Positions 41,914-51,962 are shown, numbered from the stretch's first letter. The stretch: DNA of 64,000 nt from Akkermansia sp. (GCA_017477935.1 JAFVIC010000003.1:64961-128960), one strand, 5' to 3'. Program-made: numbers and translations. Notes: a model not told the origin generated them from the sequence alone.

Positions 41914-43530
41914 TTAACTGCGCGCCGCCTTGCGCAGAAGACGGGCACATTCCTCGTGTCCATACTTCCCGGCCACGTGCAGTGCTGTCTCGCCATAGGC
42001 ATTCAGAGCGTCCGGGGTAATACCCGGGGCTTTCAGCAGCAGGCGCACACTGTCAGCGTGGTTACGCATGGCAGCGTAGCCCAGGGGAGTCCAACCATTC
42101 GGGGTGAAGCGATTCACATTTGCGCCGGCTTCTATCAAGGCACTCAGGCAATCAGGATTCGGCGCCCGCAGAGCCACATGCAGCGGTGTATAACCTTGCC
42201 TGTCAGTCAAATCAACCTGAGCCCCGTAATTGAGCAGCACCCGCACACAATCAGCATGCCCCGTGAGCACAGCATACATCAGGGGGTAGTTACCACTCTC
42301 ATCCGGGCTGTTGACATCCGCACCGGCGGCCAAAACCGCGATAAGTTCATTGGCATCCCCCTTCTTCGCAGCCTGACACAAATCAGCGCCGTCAGTCGGG
42401 GGCGGAGTGACAGTCCCCTGCCCCGGGGTACGGTATTGCCCCAGCAGTACAGCACCTATCACGACTGACTCTGCCACTTTCCCCCAACAGCGTGTTTTAA
42501 GAAAGTCACCGTCTCGGTTCAACGGCACCGCCTGTACCAGCTGCTCAGCCACATAATCAAACAAAGTCACGCCACCTGTCAGCAGCAGCACCTCAGGTGA
42601 GTGAGGGGGCGCCGAGGCACTGTAGAGTTCCTTGAGGTAACCTGCTACCGTAGTAACCTCATTCGCCAGCAACCGCACATATTCATCGCGAAGCACCGTT
42701 GCGATGTACATGAACCCGTCGTTCAGACAGCTGAACAGCCCGTCAGCCTCACCCTTGGCAGAAAGAGCGTGCTTAGCCTTGCGCACCCCCTGCATCACTC
42801 CGCCATGCGGCAACGCGTCAACCTGCCCACGGTCAATCCCGGCAGATTCGAGCAATTTATCCATCACCAGTTTGCGAATCTCCGCATCCACCTTATCACC
42901 GGCGCATTCAGAATTACCGAGCCCCCGCTGCAGGGCAATATCCCCGTTTTCACAGCGTGTTACGCAGGCAATATCAGCCGAGCCGGCGCCCCAGTCCAGC
43001 ACCAGAGCACTGCGTTGGAACGCTTTTTCCGGCACGCATGAGCAATAGGCTGCGGCAACAGCCTCGGGGGCAGATACCAGCACAATTTCCGGGAATCCGG
43101 CGCGACCGGCAGCTGACAGCAATTCCGCCCGCTGCTCCGATGTAAAACCAAGCGGGCATGTCAACACGGTTTTACCGATAGTACACCCCTGCATGGAAGG
43201 CGCAGCCTTTACCCGGTCGTGCACACAGGTCAGAAAGCTTGCCACAATATCAACAGCGGGCTTCTGCCCCAAAACGGCCCGACCGCTCCCCAGCATATGC
43301 AGAAAACCGGGCAGATAGGGGAGAGAATCATGCCGTGCTACATCATCAGCCTCGTCACCGAACAGCAGAGTACCATCATCCATCAACGCCGCTGTAGTAG
43401 GCAGTTCCATTGCAGAGCGGCCGATAGCAAGCAGTTCCGGCTGTCCATCCGTTTTTTCACGGGCAACCCGGGTCGTGGCAGTGCCTAAATCAATAGCAAT
43501 CGTTATCACTTGTTCCTCCATGGCGGGCAA
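41914..43530 (-). CDS. Hsp70/DnaK-like ATPase domain fused to C-terminal ankyrin repeats
   Basis: IAIDLGTATT, LPT....LFGDEA, VLTCP..FTSEQR.EL..AA..AG, PEAVAAAY, VLDWGAGSADI, LLLTGG. No substrate-binding domain; instead ~4-5 ankyrin repeats (GNYPL.YA, GYTPLHVA, GWTPLGYA, GETALHVA). Confidence 0.85.
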   Translation of the reverse strand: MPAMEEQVITIAIDLGTATTRVAREKTDGQPELLAIGRSAMELPTTAALMDDGTLLFGDEADDVARHDSLPYLPGFLHMLGSGRAVLGQKPAVDIVASFLTCVHDRVKAAPSMQGCTIGKTVLTCPLGFTSEQRAELLSAAGRAGFPEIVLVSAPEAVAAAYCSCVPEKAFQRSALVLDWGAGSADIACVTRCENGDIALQRGLGNSECAGDKVDAEIRKLVMDKLLESAGIDRGQVDALPHGGVMQGVRKAKHALSAKGEADGLFSCLNDGFMYIATVLRDEYVRLLANEVTTVAGYLKELYSASAPPHSPEVLLLTGGVTLFDYVAEQLVQAVPLNRDGDFLKTRCWGKVAESVVIGAVLLGQYRTPGQGTVTPPPTDGADLCQAAKKGDANELIAVLAAGADVNSPDESGNYPLMYAVLTGHADCVRVLLNYGAQVDLTDRQGYTPLHVALRAPNPDCLSALIEAGANVNRFTPNGWTPLGYAAMRNHADSVRLLLKAPGITPDALNAYGETALHVAGKYGHEECARLLRKAARS

Positions 43531-43547
43531 TTCGGTTTAATCTATTC

Positions 43548-45395
43548 TCACAGATCCGCGAACAGGGTGCTGCATTCCGCGTGACCATTTTCAGCAGCAA
43601 GTTCAGCAGCCGTCTGCCCCAGTATATCCTGCACCGTAGTATCAATACCCGGCACAGCCAGCAATAGCCTGACCACCTCGGCATGACCGGCAGCCGCAGC
43701 AACATGCAGCGGGGTTGAGCCGTCAAAATCCCAGAGCACATTCACATTCACGGCAGGCGATTTGAGCAGGAGTTTCAGCAGCGCAACATTTCCATCTTCC
43801 GCGGCTGTGTGCAACAGAGAATAGCCGCTTTCATTGCACACATTGACATCAGCCCCGTGCGCAACGAGACTTTCAGCGCAATCGAGGTGGCCGGCCACTA
43901 CGGCAGCCTGCAGCGGAGTCCAGCCATAATCATTGCGCGACTCCAGCTCAGCGCCCCCGTTCAGCAGGCACGGCAGCAACGCCGCAGCTCCCGTGCCGGC
44001 AACAATGTGCAGGGGAGTATTGCCGACGGAATCCGCCGCTGCTACATCTACACCGGGCAAAGCCAGTGCAGAACTCAGAGCAGCGGCATCCTGCGCATGC
44101 AGCGCTTCCCACAAAGCGGATTGAGCATCGACGGGGTTCTCGACGGGGTTCTCGACGGGCTTCTCGGCAGGCTTCTCGACGGGTTTCTCGACGGGTTTCT
44201 CGACGGGTTTCTCGGCAGGCTTCTCGGCAGGCTTCTCGACGGGCTTCTCGGCAGGTTTCTCGACGGGCTGTACCTTCGGTTGAGGCGCAGGTTGCTGAGC
44301 CTGCTGCGACATTGACAAGGCACCATTCTGTTTCAGGTAGAGGGCTGCGCCTTCAACGGCATCCGTTGGCTTGGTGCGGTAGTAAACGGGCTTACCCAGG
44401 GTTTCAGCCAGTATTTTCTGCGCACCGGGCAGCAACGCAAGGTCACCGGTAATAAGCACGACCTCAGGCTTACCATACCTGAGAGCACTCATGTAGAGCG
44501 ACTTCACGGCACTAGCCATGCGCTCCAGATAGGGCACCAGAAGGCGTGCATAGTCATCCCCGGGAATCTGCACCTCGACGGAATGCCCCGCTATCAAAAA
44601 ACTCCGTACATTCAATTGCTGAGTTGAGAGAGCTCGTTGAGCATCGCGCACCGGGCACTGTTCCCGCACCTGTCGCAACAACGCAGGCCAGGCGACCCTG
44701 CCGACAGGCCGCATTCGTGCCACCTTTGCCATAATATAGTTGGCCAAATCTTCATATATCTCTTCACCGCCGAGTTCGACCTGCCCGCCCACGGCTCGGG
44801 GGTTAATCTTGCCACCGGCGGCCTCTGCAACCATGTGGGCATACTCCACACGGGCCGGAGACCAGTTAACCAACAGGGCATTCTTTTCGTACAGCGGGGC
44901 AAAACCACGGCTGCGCAACCTGTCAGCCCACACGCAATATATGGCCCCGGTATCAGTCACCAGCTCCACAGTACGAGCACCGGCCTTCAGCGCAGCCTCT
45001 CTCAGCTCCGATTGCTGATTCGGAGTGCGGGAAACAGGGCAGCACAACACTACATCAACAGCCCCCTCCGCTGCACAACCGCAACGTTCTTTGACCAAGG
45101 GGAACACATACGCCAGGAACTTCCCGAGCAAATCTGCTGCGGTATACCTTCCCATGAGTAGTTTAGCTGAACTGCCGAGTTTGCGCACAAAGGCGCGACA
45201 ATACCCGGCAGGATGTACCTCTGCCATCTTCTCAGCAGCCTCACCGAAGTGAAGCACGTCATCAGGGGTCAGGCATACAGCCGTCGGAATGCCGTATTGG
45301 TATTTACCGAGCCTGACAAGCTCCGATTTTTCACCGGCAATGACGGCGGCATAAGTCTCTGCAGCTCCCGGATCGATGACGAGTTTGATTGACAT
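43548..45395 (-). CDS. Degenerate Hsp70-like domain + PxEK linker + ankyrin repeats (paralog of the adjacent gene)
   Basis: LVIDPG, IPTAV...LHFGEAA, VVLCCP...[25 protein letters not shown]. Ankyrins GNTPLH, GWTPLQ, GYSLLH, GSTPLH. Confidence 0.8.
   Translation of the reverse strand: MSIKLVIDPGAAETYAAVIAGEKSELVRLGKYQYGIPTAVCLTPDDVLHFGEAAEKMAEVHPAGYCRAFVRKLGSSAKLLMGRYTAADLLGKFLAYVFPLVKERCGCAAEGAVDVVLCCPVSRTPNQQSELREAALKAGARTVELVTDTGAIYCVWADRLRSRGFAPLYEKNALLVNWSPARVEYAHMVAEAAGGKINPRAVGGQVELGGEEIYEDLANYIMAKVARMRPVGRVAWPALLRQVREQCPVRDAQRALSTQQLNVRSFLIAGHSVEVQIPGDDYARLLVPYLERMASAVKSLYMSALRYGKPEVVLITGDLALLPGAQKILAETLGKPVYYRTKPTDAVEGAALYLKQNGALSMSQQAQQPAPQPKVQPVEKPAEKPVEKPAEKPAEKPVEKPVEKPVEKPAEKPVENPVENPVDAQSALWEALHAQDAAALSSALALPGVDVAAADSVGNTPLHIVAGTGAAALLPCLLNGGAELESRNDYGWTPLQAAVVAGHLDCAESLVAHGADVNVCNESGYSLLHTAAEDGNVALLKLLLKSPAVNVNVLWDFDGSTPLHVAAAAGHAEVVRLLLAVPGIDTTVQDILGQTAAELAAENGHAECSTLFADL
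44127..44267 (-). repeat. 12-bp coding tandem repeat encoding P(V/A)E(K/N) x11 + PVD
   Basis: Read directly in DNA (TTCTCGACGGG(T/C) / TTCTCGGCAGG(T/C) on the plus strand) and in the translation. Confidence 0.95.
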
Positions 45396-45535
45396 AACTA
45401 CTGTATATAATAATTGACTGAGAACGTGCGGAACAACACGAGGGTGCACACCTGTATCGACCCACTCGTGAATATATACCACGCCCGGCGGGGGGATGTC
45501 AATCCCATTCCCGAGTCAATCAGATATTCAACAAC

Positions 45536-45568
45536 AAAACTGTGCCGACAAGCGGCACAGTTTTGAAA
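45536..45568 (-). terminator. Hairpin after CASDH
   Basis: AAAACTGTGCCG-ACAAG-CGGCACAGTTTT. Confidence 0.7.
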
Positions 45569-45591
45569 ATAACGGGCATGTAAAAACCAAC

Positions 45592-46821
45592 TTAATCCGC
45601 CACTCTGAGGGCGCGGGCCTGGTCTTCCGTCAACTCAATGCACTGCCAGGGCAAGCCGTACTGATTAAGGGCCTCCATGAAGGGATCGGGGTCGTTCTGC
45701 TCCATATTGAACACACCGGCACCGCTCCAGGTACCGCTCATAATCATGCGGCCACCGATAGCTGCAGGCACGCCGGTGGTGTAGGAGATAGCCTGGGAGC
45801 CCACCTCGCGGAAGCATTCCTCATGGTCACAGATGTTGTAGATGTAGACAGCCTTGTACTTGCCGTCTTTCTTACCCTGAATCACGCAGCCAATGCAGGT
45901 GCGGCCATGGGTGGTCTTGCCCAGATCGCCGGGGTTGGGCAACACGGCTTTGAGGAACTGCAGCGGCACGATTTCCACGCCATTGTACATCACGGGGTCG
46001 ATTCGGGTCATGCCGACATTCTTCAGCACGGTGAGGTGGTTAATGTAGTTGGGAGAGAAGCTCATCCAGAACTGAGCACGCTTGATGGTGGGTATGTGTT
46101 TGACAAGCGACTCCATCTCCTCATGGTACATTCGGTAGATTTCGTAGGTACCCACACCATCAGGGCAGGTGAAGGGCTGGTGCATGCTCATGGCACCGGT
46201 CTCCTGAAAATCACCATTCTCCCAGTGACGGCAGGGAGCGGAAACCTCGCGTATATTGATTTCGGGGTTAAAATTGGTAGCGAAGGCCTGACCGTGGTCG
46301 CCACCGTTCACATCAATGATGTCGAGGTACTCTATTTCGTCGAAATGGTGCTTCAAGGCCCAGGCGGTGTAAACGTTGGTCACACCAGGGTCGAAACCGG
46401 AACCGAGCAGAGCGAAAAGGCCGGCCTTCTGAAAACGCTCCTGGTAAGCCCACTGCCAGCTGTACTCGAACTTGGCCACATCGCGGGGCTCATAGTTGGC
46501 GGTATCGAGGTAGTTCACGCCGGCCTCAAGACAGGCATCCATAAGGGGAAGATCCTGGTAAGGCAGAGCGACATTGAGCACAAGGTCCGGCTGCACCGAT
46601 TTGATGAGAGCCACCGTAGCGGCCACATCATCGGCATCCACCGCATGGGTGGTAATCTGCACACCGCTGCGCGCCAGCACATCGGCCGCAATCGCATCGC
46701 ACTTGCTCTTGGTACGCGAAGCCAGATGGATGTTCTTGTAAACATCTGCCATCTGGGCACACTTGTGAGCCACCACATGGCCCACACCACCAGCTCCGAT
46801 TATGAGTACAGTGTTGTTCAT
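45592..46821 (-). CDS. Saccharopine dehydrogenase family / carboxy(nor)spermidine dehydrogenase
   Basis: VLIIGAGGVG.VVAHKC, NVALPYQDL..MDACL, YLDTANYEP, FEYSWQWAY, GSGFDPGVT, FATNFNPEINIRE, SQAISYTTGVPA. Confidence 0.88.
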   Translation of the reverse strand: MNNTVLIIGAGGVGHVVAHKCAQMADVYKNIHLASRTKSKCDAIAADVLARSGVQITTHAVDADDVAATVALIKSVQPDLVLNVALPYQDLPLMDACLEAGVNYLDTANYEPRDVAKFEYSWQWAYQERFQKAGLFALLGSGFDPGVTNVYTAWALKHHFDEIEYLDIIDVNGGDHGQAFATNFNPEINIREVSAPCRHWENGDFQETGAMSMHQPFTCPDGVGTYEIYRMYHEEMESLVKHIPTIKRAQFWMSFSPNYINHLTVLKNVGMTRIDPVMYNGVEIVPLQFLKAVLPNPGDLGKTTHGRTCIGCVIQGKKDGKYKAVYIYNICDHEECFREVGSQAISYTTGVPAAIGGRMIMSGTWSGAGVFNMEQNDPDPFMEALNQYGLPWQCIELTEDQARALRVAD

Positions 46822-46954
46822 TGCGCCGCAAGAGTGCACTATAGCGAACGCAAAGTCAAGCGAAAATGCAAATGGTGCCAAATAAGTTCAGGTCATACAC
46901 ACAGGCAGGGCGACCTGAAAGAATCGCCCTGCCTTAGTATTCTGCTCAGCCGAC

Positions 46955-48319
46955 TCAGCGCAGGAAAATGCGCAGCAGCTTCTCTGCAAATGAGGTATAG
47001 GGATGGTAACGCATGGGCAAATCAAGCCAGTTTGCCTTAGTGAGCACTGATTTATAGTGCGTAAAGGTATCGAAGCCGGCCTTGCCGTGGTAGGAGCCCA
47101 TACCGCTGTCGCCCACACCGCCGAAGGGCAGCCCGTGCACAGCGAGATGAATGATGGTATCGTTCACGCACCCGCCGCCGAAGGAAAGGTTGTTGACGAA
47201 ACGGCGCTCATTTGCCGAGCTGGTGGTGAACAGGTAAGAGGCCAGCGGGCGCGGGCGGCTGAGCACGAACTGCTCTACCTCCTCCCACTTATCCCAGGTC
47301 ATCATGGGCAGGATGGGTCCGAAAATTTCCTCCTGCATGCAGGGGGAATCGGGCGTAACGTCATCCAGCAGCGTAGGCTCAATGCGGAGAGAGGCAGAGT
47401 CACCCTTGCCGCCGATAATGGCGGTAGCTCCGCCCATAAGCCCCATGAGGCGATTGAAGTGCTTTTCGTTGACGATGTGGGTAAATGTCTCGTCCTTCAA
47501 CGGCTCAGCGCCCAACATACGCTCTACCTCTGCACGATAGGCCGCAATGAACTCCTGCTTGCGGCTGCTGTGAATAAAGAGGTAATCGGGAGCCACACAG
47601 GTCTGACCGGCGTTGAGAATCTTGCCGAAAGCGATACGGCGGGCCGCAACGCGGATGTTGGCCGTCTCGTCCACGATACAGGGGCTCTTACCGCCCAGTT
47701 CGAGGGTCAGCGGGGTGAGATTCTCCGCGGCGGCGCGCATGACCACATGACCGACCACGGGGCTACCGGTGAAGAAGATGTAGTCAAACTTCTCCTTGAG
47801 CAGCGCGCCGATTTCGTTGCGCCCGCCCAACACGGTGGTCACATATTCCGGCGGAAATATACTGCCGAGCATCTCGGCAATCACGGCAGAAGTGGCAGGC
47901 GACATGGAAGAGGGCTTCACCACGGCGCAGTTACCGGCTGCCAATGCAGCAGCCAGCGGGTCGAGACAGAGCAGGATGGGGTAATTCCACGGGCTCATGA
48001 TGAGGGTGACGCCGTAAGGCTCAGGCTGCACCCGGCAGGTAGAGGGGAACTGAGCAAGCGGGGCCATCACCTTTTTCGGTCGGCTCCAACGGCGCAGGTG
48101 GCTGATATTTTCGCTCAGTCCGGCAAGCACCATACCGATTTCGGTCATGTAGGTCTCCGTACCGCATTTACCGAGGTCAGCCTGCAGCGCCTCAGCGATA
48201 CGGGGTTCCCACTCAACGATGGTCTTGCGGAGCTTCTTGAGCGCAGCGAGACGGTATTTCACATCGCGCGTGGCATGGGTCAGGAAAAAGCGGCGCTGTG
48301 TTTCAACAATGTCGTGCAT
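46955..48319 (-). CDS. NAD(P)-dependent aldehyde dehydrogenase (ALDH3-like)
   Basis: EPYGV.LI.SPWNYP, FFTGS, TLELGGKSP, catalytic GQTCVAPDY, EEIFGPILP, LPFGGVG.SGMG.YHG. Confidence 0.95.
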   Translation of the reverse strand: MHDIVETQRRFFLTHATRDVKYRLAALKKLRKTIVEWEPRIAEALQADLGKCGTETYMTEIGMVLAGLSENISHLRRWSRPKKVMAPLAQFPSTCRVQPEPYGVTLIMSPWNYPILLCLDPLAAALAAGNCAVVKPSSMSPATSAVIAEMLGSIFPPEYVTTVLGGRNEIGALLKEKFDYIFFTGSPVVGHVVMRAAAENLTPLTLELGGKSPCIVDETANIRVAARRIAFGKILNAGQTCVAPDYLFIHSSRKQEFIAAYRAEVERMLGAEPLKDETFTHIVNEKHFNRLMGLMGGATAIIGGKGDSASLRIEPTLLDDVTPDSPCMQEEIFGPILPMMTWDKWEEVEQFVLSRPRPLASYLFTTSSANERRFVNNLSFGGGCVNDTIIHLAVHGLPFGGVGDSGMGSYHGKAGFDTFTHYKSVLTKANWLDLPMRYHPYTSFAEKLLRIFLR

Positions 48320-48320
48320 A

Positions 48321-49502
48321 TCAATAGGCGGCGTTAAGGATTTCGATGACCTGAGCTTCGTCTGCCGCGCGGGGATTGACGATGAGGGCACCGTCATTCA
48401 CTGCGACTTCCGCCACATGGGCGAAGGCATCTTTCGGCACGTTCACCTCACTGAGAGTGAGCGGTATACCACAGATGGCATTCAACTCGCGAGCCAGCGC
48501 CACGACGGCATCTATAGCGGCCTGCGCACGTTTTTCTACAGGCACATGCATGGCTTCCTCATCCCCCACAAGCCAGGGCAGCAGGCGGGCGTACCCCTCA
48601 GCACAGTGGCTCAGATTATAGCGCATGACATGGGGCAACAAGATGGTCATGGCAACCGCGTGCGGCACATGGCACACCCCACCCAGCGCGTGACCGATAG
48701 CATGCACAGCACCCACCATGGAGTTCGAGAAGGCGATACCGGCCATAGTCGAGGCCAGCGCCATGGCGAAGCGAGCCTGCTTATCCTTGCCATTGCGGGT
48801 GGCGGCAACTACGTTTTCGGCAATCATGCGTATGGCGGCGGTACCATAGGCCGAGCTCAGGGGGTTGGCCTGCTGGCAGGTGCAGGCCTCGATAGCATGC
48901 ACGAGGGCATCCATTCCCGTGGTGGCGGTAGCTTTCGGCGGCAGGCCCTGGGTCATGCGCGTGTCAATCACAGCGATATCAGGCTCGACATAGGGGGAGA
49001 GGAACTCCATCTTCACGCCGTTAGAGTCATTGCGAATCACGGCCACCCCTGTGCACTCTGAACCGGTACCGGCTGTTGTGGGCACCACCACGAAGGGAAT
49101 GTGACGCCCACGCACCAGATTATCCAACCCACTGAGCGAGAGAATATCCTGCTTATTCTGAGAGAGCACCAGGCGCACGCCCTTGGCAGTGTCAATCACG
49201 GAACCGCCACCCACGGCCACGATAGAGTCGCAGCCCTGCTCACGGTAGAACACAGCAATCCGGTTCACCACCGCCAGCGATGAATCCACCGGTATGTCGG
49301 AATAAACGGCGGCGGGTTCCAGCCCCTCAGACTCCATGGCCTTAATCACCGTGGAGAGAGTGCCGATTTTGGTCAGCACGGCGTCCGAGAGCATGAGCGG
49401 TTTCTCGCAGCCCAGGTTTTCGAGTTCGATGGCGATACGCTCCAGCGCGAGCTCACCGCAAAGCAACTTTACGGCATTATGAAATTCAAAGTACGGTACC
49501 AT
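48321..49502 (-). CDS. Iron-containing alcohol dehydrogenase
   Basis: AVGGGSVIDTAK, PTTAGTGSE, GMDAL.HAIE, HAIGH.LG...H.PH. Confidence 0.93.
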   Translation of the reverse strand: MVPYFEFHNAVKLLCGELALERIAIELENLGCEKPLMLSDAVLTKIGTLSTVIKAMESEGLEPAAVYSDIPVDSSLAVVNRIAVFYREQGCDSIVAVGGGSVIDTAKGVRLVLSQNKQDILSLSGLDNLVRGRHIPFVVVPTTAGTGSECTGVAVIRNDSNGVKMEFLSPYVEPDIAVIDTRMTQGLPPKATATTGMDALVHAIEACTCQQANPLSSAYGTAAIRMIAENVVAATRNGKDKQARFAMALASTMAGIAFSNSMVGAVHAIGHALGGVCHVPHAVAMTILLPHVMRYNLSHCAEGYARLLPWLVGDEEAMHVPVEKRAQAAIDAVVALARELNAICGIPLTLSEVNVPKDAFAHVAEVAVNDGALIVNPRAADEAQVIEILNAAY

Positions 49503-49505
49503 AAT

Positions 49506-50006
49506 TTATCGGGAAAATTTATATTTGCAGGTCAGGAACCCCAGGGCAATGCGCCCGTAGGCTCGCAGGAAGTTCACTTCCGTTTCAGGCACATCAGTCA
49601 TGATGTGCCGGGTGATGATTTTGGGAAAGAGGTAGGCTTCGACGATATTCACCAAGCGGGCCAGGCGCATGACGTCAGCCACCTCACCACCCATGGTAAA
49701 GGCATGGCGAGCGTAGGCTTGTGCCAGCCCCATCTGCCCGGTGAACAGGCGGAACGCCAACGGCATGCTCTTAATACGCAGTGCACAGCCGGGATTCGTC
49801 AGTTCGCGCAGTCGCAACACTTCCTGCCCGTTCCACTCCACGAAAAGTGTTGGGCCACGGTGCCCGGTGCGGATAGCGTAGCTCAGCCCCTCGGGCATGC
49901 GGGCGAACTCCTGCGCCACGCGGCTATCAAGCTCGCGTAGCTCTACCAGCGCCGCGTGTACCACACGCAGCACGATGGCGACAACCAGGGATTGTATGGC
50001 TCTCAT
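49506..50006 (-). CDS. Hypothetical protein, possibly SCP2-like
   Basis: Packed in the operon with 3-10 bp gaps. The 'LRIKS...AF..FTGQ..LAQAYARH...MGG.VAD.M' pattern resembles the SCP2 fold. Confidence 0.6.
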   Translation of the reverse strand: MRAIQSLVVAIVLRVVHAALVELRELDSRVAQEFARMPEGLSYAIRTGHRGPTLFVEWNGQEVLRLRELTNPGCALRIKSMPLAFRLFTGQMGLAQAYARHAFTMGGEVADVMRLARLVNIVEAYLFPKIITRHIMTDVPETEVNFLRAYGRIALGFLTCKYKFSR

Positions 50007-50016
50007 AACGGCGGTG

Positions 50017-51063
50017 TCAGGCTTCCTCCCTCTTGGCGGCTGCTCGACGCAGGCGATCCATCATGGCGCACCCCAATCCGGTTTCGGGCAGTTCTTCAGC
50101 TACAATTACCTGCACATTCTCATTTTCATCCATGGCACGCATGACGGCAAACAGGCGCACGGCAGCCTCTGCCAGTCGACCGCTGCCGGGCGAAAGCGGC
50201 ATCACCTCAGCCCAGCAATCCTGTTGCGCCAGGGGTGATTCGCCCTCATAGCTGATAAGCCCGTAGCAGACGCCCGCCTCAGGGGTGAACTCTGTGTGCG
50301 GGTCATGCAGCAGCAAGGGCTTACCGGGGGCGTAGTGGCTCTTGAGCTGGCCCGGGGCATTCGGCAGCACTTCTTCAGCGCCCTTCCCCTTGCCGGGTTT
50401 GAGTACGCGGCAGATACCGCGCAGCTTTTCACGGGTAATGGGGCCTTCACGCAGCAGACGCACGGCGGGCTTGCCTTTTTCATCCAGGCAGGGCATGAGG
50501 ATGGTACTCTCGAGCCCCTCGGAACAGGCCCCGGCATCGAGCACCAGGGGAATGGAACCTCCCAGTTCCTTCTGTACAGCCTGAGCGCTGGTGGGCGATA
50601 TGTGCCCGAAACGGTTAGCACTGGGTGCAGCAATGGGGTGCCCCAGGGCGCGGGCCACACCGCGCATCACCTCATGCGAGGGAACTCGGCAGGCCACCGT
50701 GGGCAGACCGCTGGTCACGATATCAGGTATAATCGGCTTGCGCGGCAACACCAGCGTCATCGGCCCCGGCCAGAATTCCTTCGCCAGCTTATCCACCAGC
50801 GGCTGCAGTTCAGCCGGCACCTCGGTGTAGTCCGCTATATCCTTTGCACGGGCAAAGTGGCAGATAAGCGGGTCAAAACTCGGGCGAGCCTTCACGGCAA
50901 ACACATTTGCCACGGCCTCGGTATTCAGGGCATCCGCCCCCAAGCCGTATACCGTCTCGGTCGGTATGGCCACCAACCCACCCCCGGCCAGCACGGCCGC
51001 AGCCTCTTTGTACACACTGCGGCAGTCCTCAAGCGGGTCCACCTCTATCACTCGTGTTTCCAT
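50017..51063 (-). CDS. sua5: L-threonylcarbamoyladenylate synthase (Sua5 type)
   Basis: VAIPTETVYGLGADA, K.RPSFDPLI.H, FWPGPMT, APSANRFG..SPT, GLEST, APGQL.SHYAP, Sua5 C-domain. Confidence 0.95.
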   Translation of the reverse strand: METRVIEVDPLEDCRSVYKEAAAVLAGGGLVAIPTETVYGLGADALNTEAVANVFAVKARPSFDPLICHFARAKDIADYTEVPAELQPLVDKLAKEFWPGPMTLVLPRKPIIPDIVTSGLPTVACRVPSHEVMRGVARALGHPIAAPSANRFGHISPTSAQAVQKELGGSIPLVLDAGACSEGLESTILMPCLDEKGKPAVRLLREGPITREKLRGICRVLKPGKGKGAEEVLPNAPGQLKSHYAPGKPLLLHDPHTEFTPEAGVCYGLISYEGESPLAQQDCWAEVMPLSPGSGRLAEAAVRLFAVMRAMDENENVQVIVAEELPETGLGCAMMDRLRRAAAKREEA

Positions 51064-51069
51064 GCGCTC

Positions 51070-51098
51070 ATCATACCCCCACCAGAGCGATTTGTCAA
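51070..51098 (-). promoter_or_regulatory. sua5 operon promoter, leaderless-type
   Basis: TTGACA-17bp-TATGAT on the minus strand, with ATG 6 nt after the -10. Confidence 0.75.
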
Positions 51099-51164
51099 CG
51101 CAAAACACACAGCCCCGGCAGCACTACTCCCTTGAAAGTGCTGCTCTTGGCGTAAAATCAGACT

Positions 51165-51674
51165 TCAGCGCGCAGCGAATTCTTGAGCTAACTCTACATA
51201 ACCGAGCGCATGGCGGTAGTTTTCCGCCTCCACATCCGGGGAAAGTTGTTTTACAACTTTGGCAGGAGCCCCCAACACAAGACTATGCGGAGGAATGATG
51301 GTTCCCTTGGTCACCAGAGCATGCGCCCCGACAATGGAGCCATGCCCCACCACAGCACCATCAAGCACAACTGCCCCCATGCCGATGAGGCATTTATCCT
51401 CCACCGTACAGGCATGCAGTGTTACACTGTGCCCCACAGTCACATATTCACCCAAGTGGCAGCCCAGCTCATAGTCTACATGCAGGCAGCAGTTATCCTG
51501 CACATTGCTGCCACGCCCGATGGTGATGGGTGCCACATCGCCGCGCACGGTAGCATTGTACCATACGGAAGCCCCCTCGCCCACGCTCACATTGCCGATG
51601 ATATCCGCACTCGCGGCAATGAAAGCCGGACTGTCCAACTGCGGTTCCTTCCCCCTGAATTGCTCAATAGCCAT
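51165..51674 (-). CDS. Gamma carbonic anhydrase family (YrdA-like) hexapeptide protein
   Basis: AFIAASADIIGNV.VG..ASVWY...VRGD, IG..SNVQDN..LH, VTVGH.V.LH.C, IGMGAVVLD. Confidence 0.93.
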   Translation of the reverse strand: MAIEQFRGKEPQLDSPAFIAASADIIGNVSVGEGASVWYNATVRGDVAPITIGRGSNVQDNCCLHVDYELGCHLGEYVTVGHSVTLHACTVEDKCLIGMGAVVLDGAVVGHGSIVGAHALVTKGTIIPPHSLVLGAPAKVVKQLSPDVEAENYRHALGYVELAQEFAAR

Positions 51675-51680
51675 ACGCGG

Positions 51681-51709
51681 AGTATAGCGCAACAGCTCCC
51701 TGTTGGCAA
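51681..51709 (-). promoter_or_regulatory. Gamma-CA promoter, leaderless-type
   Basis: TTGCCA-17bp-TATACT on the minus strand, with ATG 6 nt after the -10. Confidence 0.7.
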
Positions 51710-51717
51710 GACAATGA

Positions 51718-51829
51718 ATTTACAATTTACGATTTACGATTTACGATTTACGATTTACGATTTACGATTTACGATTTACGATTTACGATTTACGATTTAC
51801 GATTTACGATTTACGATTTGTGATTTTTC
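51718..51829. repeat. Heptanucleotide microsatellite (ATTTACG)13 with degenerate flanking units
   Basis: 13 perfect units at 51725-51815, flanked by ATTTACA, ATTTGTG and ATTTTTC. Confidence 0.97.
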
Positions 51830-51962
51830 GGCATTCATCGCAGAGGCGCACCCCGACACAGCCATAAACGAAGCGGAGGCACCAGCCAACCGAACAAATT
51901 GTAAATTATGCATGCTTTGCACTTGCAATTCATGCACATATATGATAGCATGCCGCCCGTTC

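Noticed and set aside
51210-51941. N-terminal ~245 aa of the 603-aa ORF as part of RNase D
   Set aside because: It overlaps the gamma-CA gene antisense and the microsatellite; RNase D motifs start only after ~51963.
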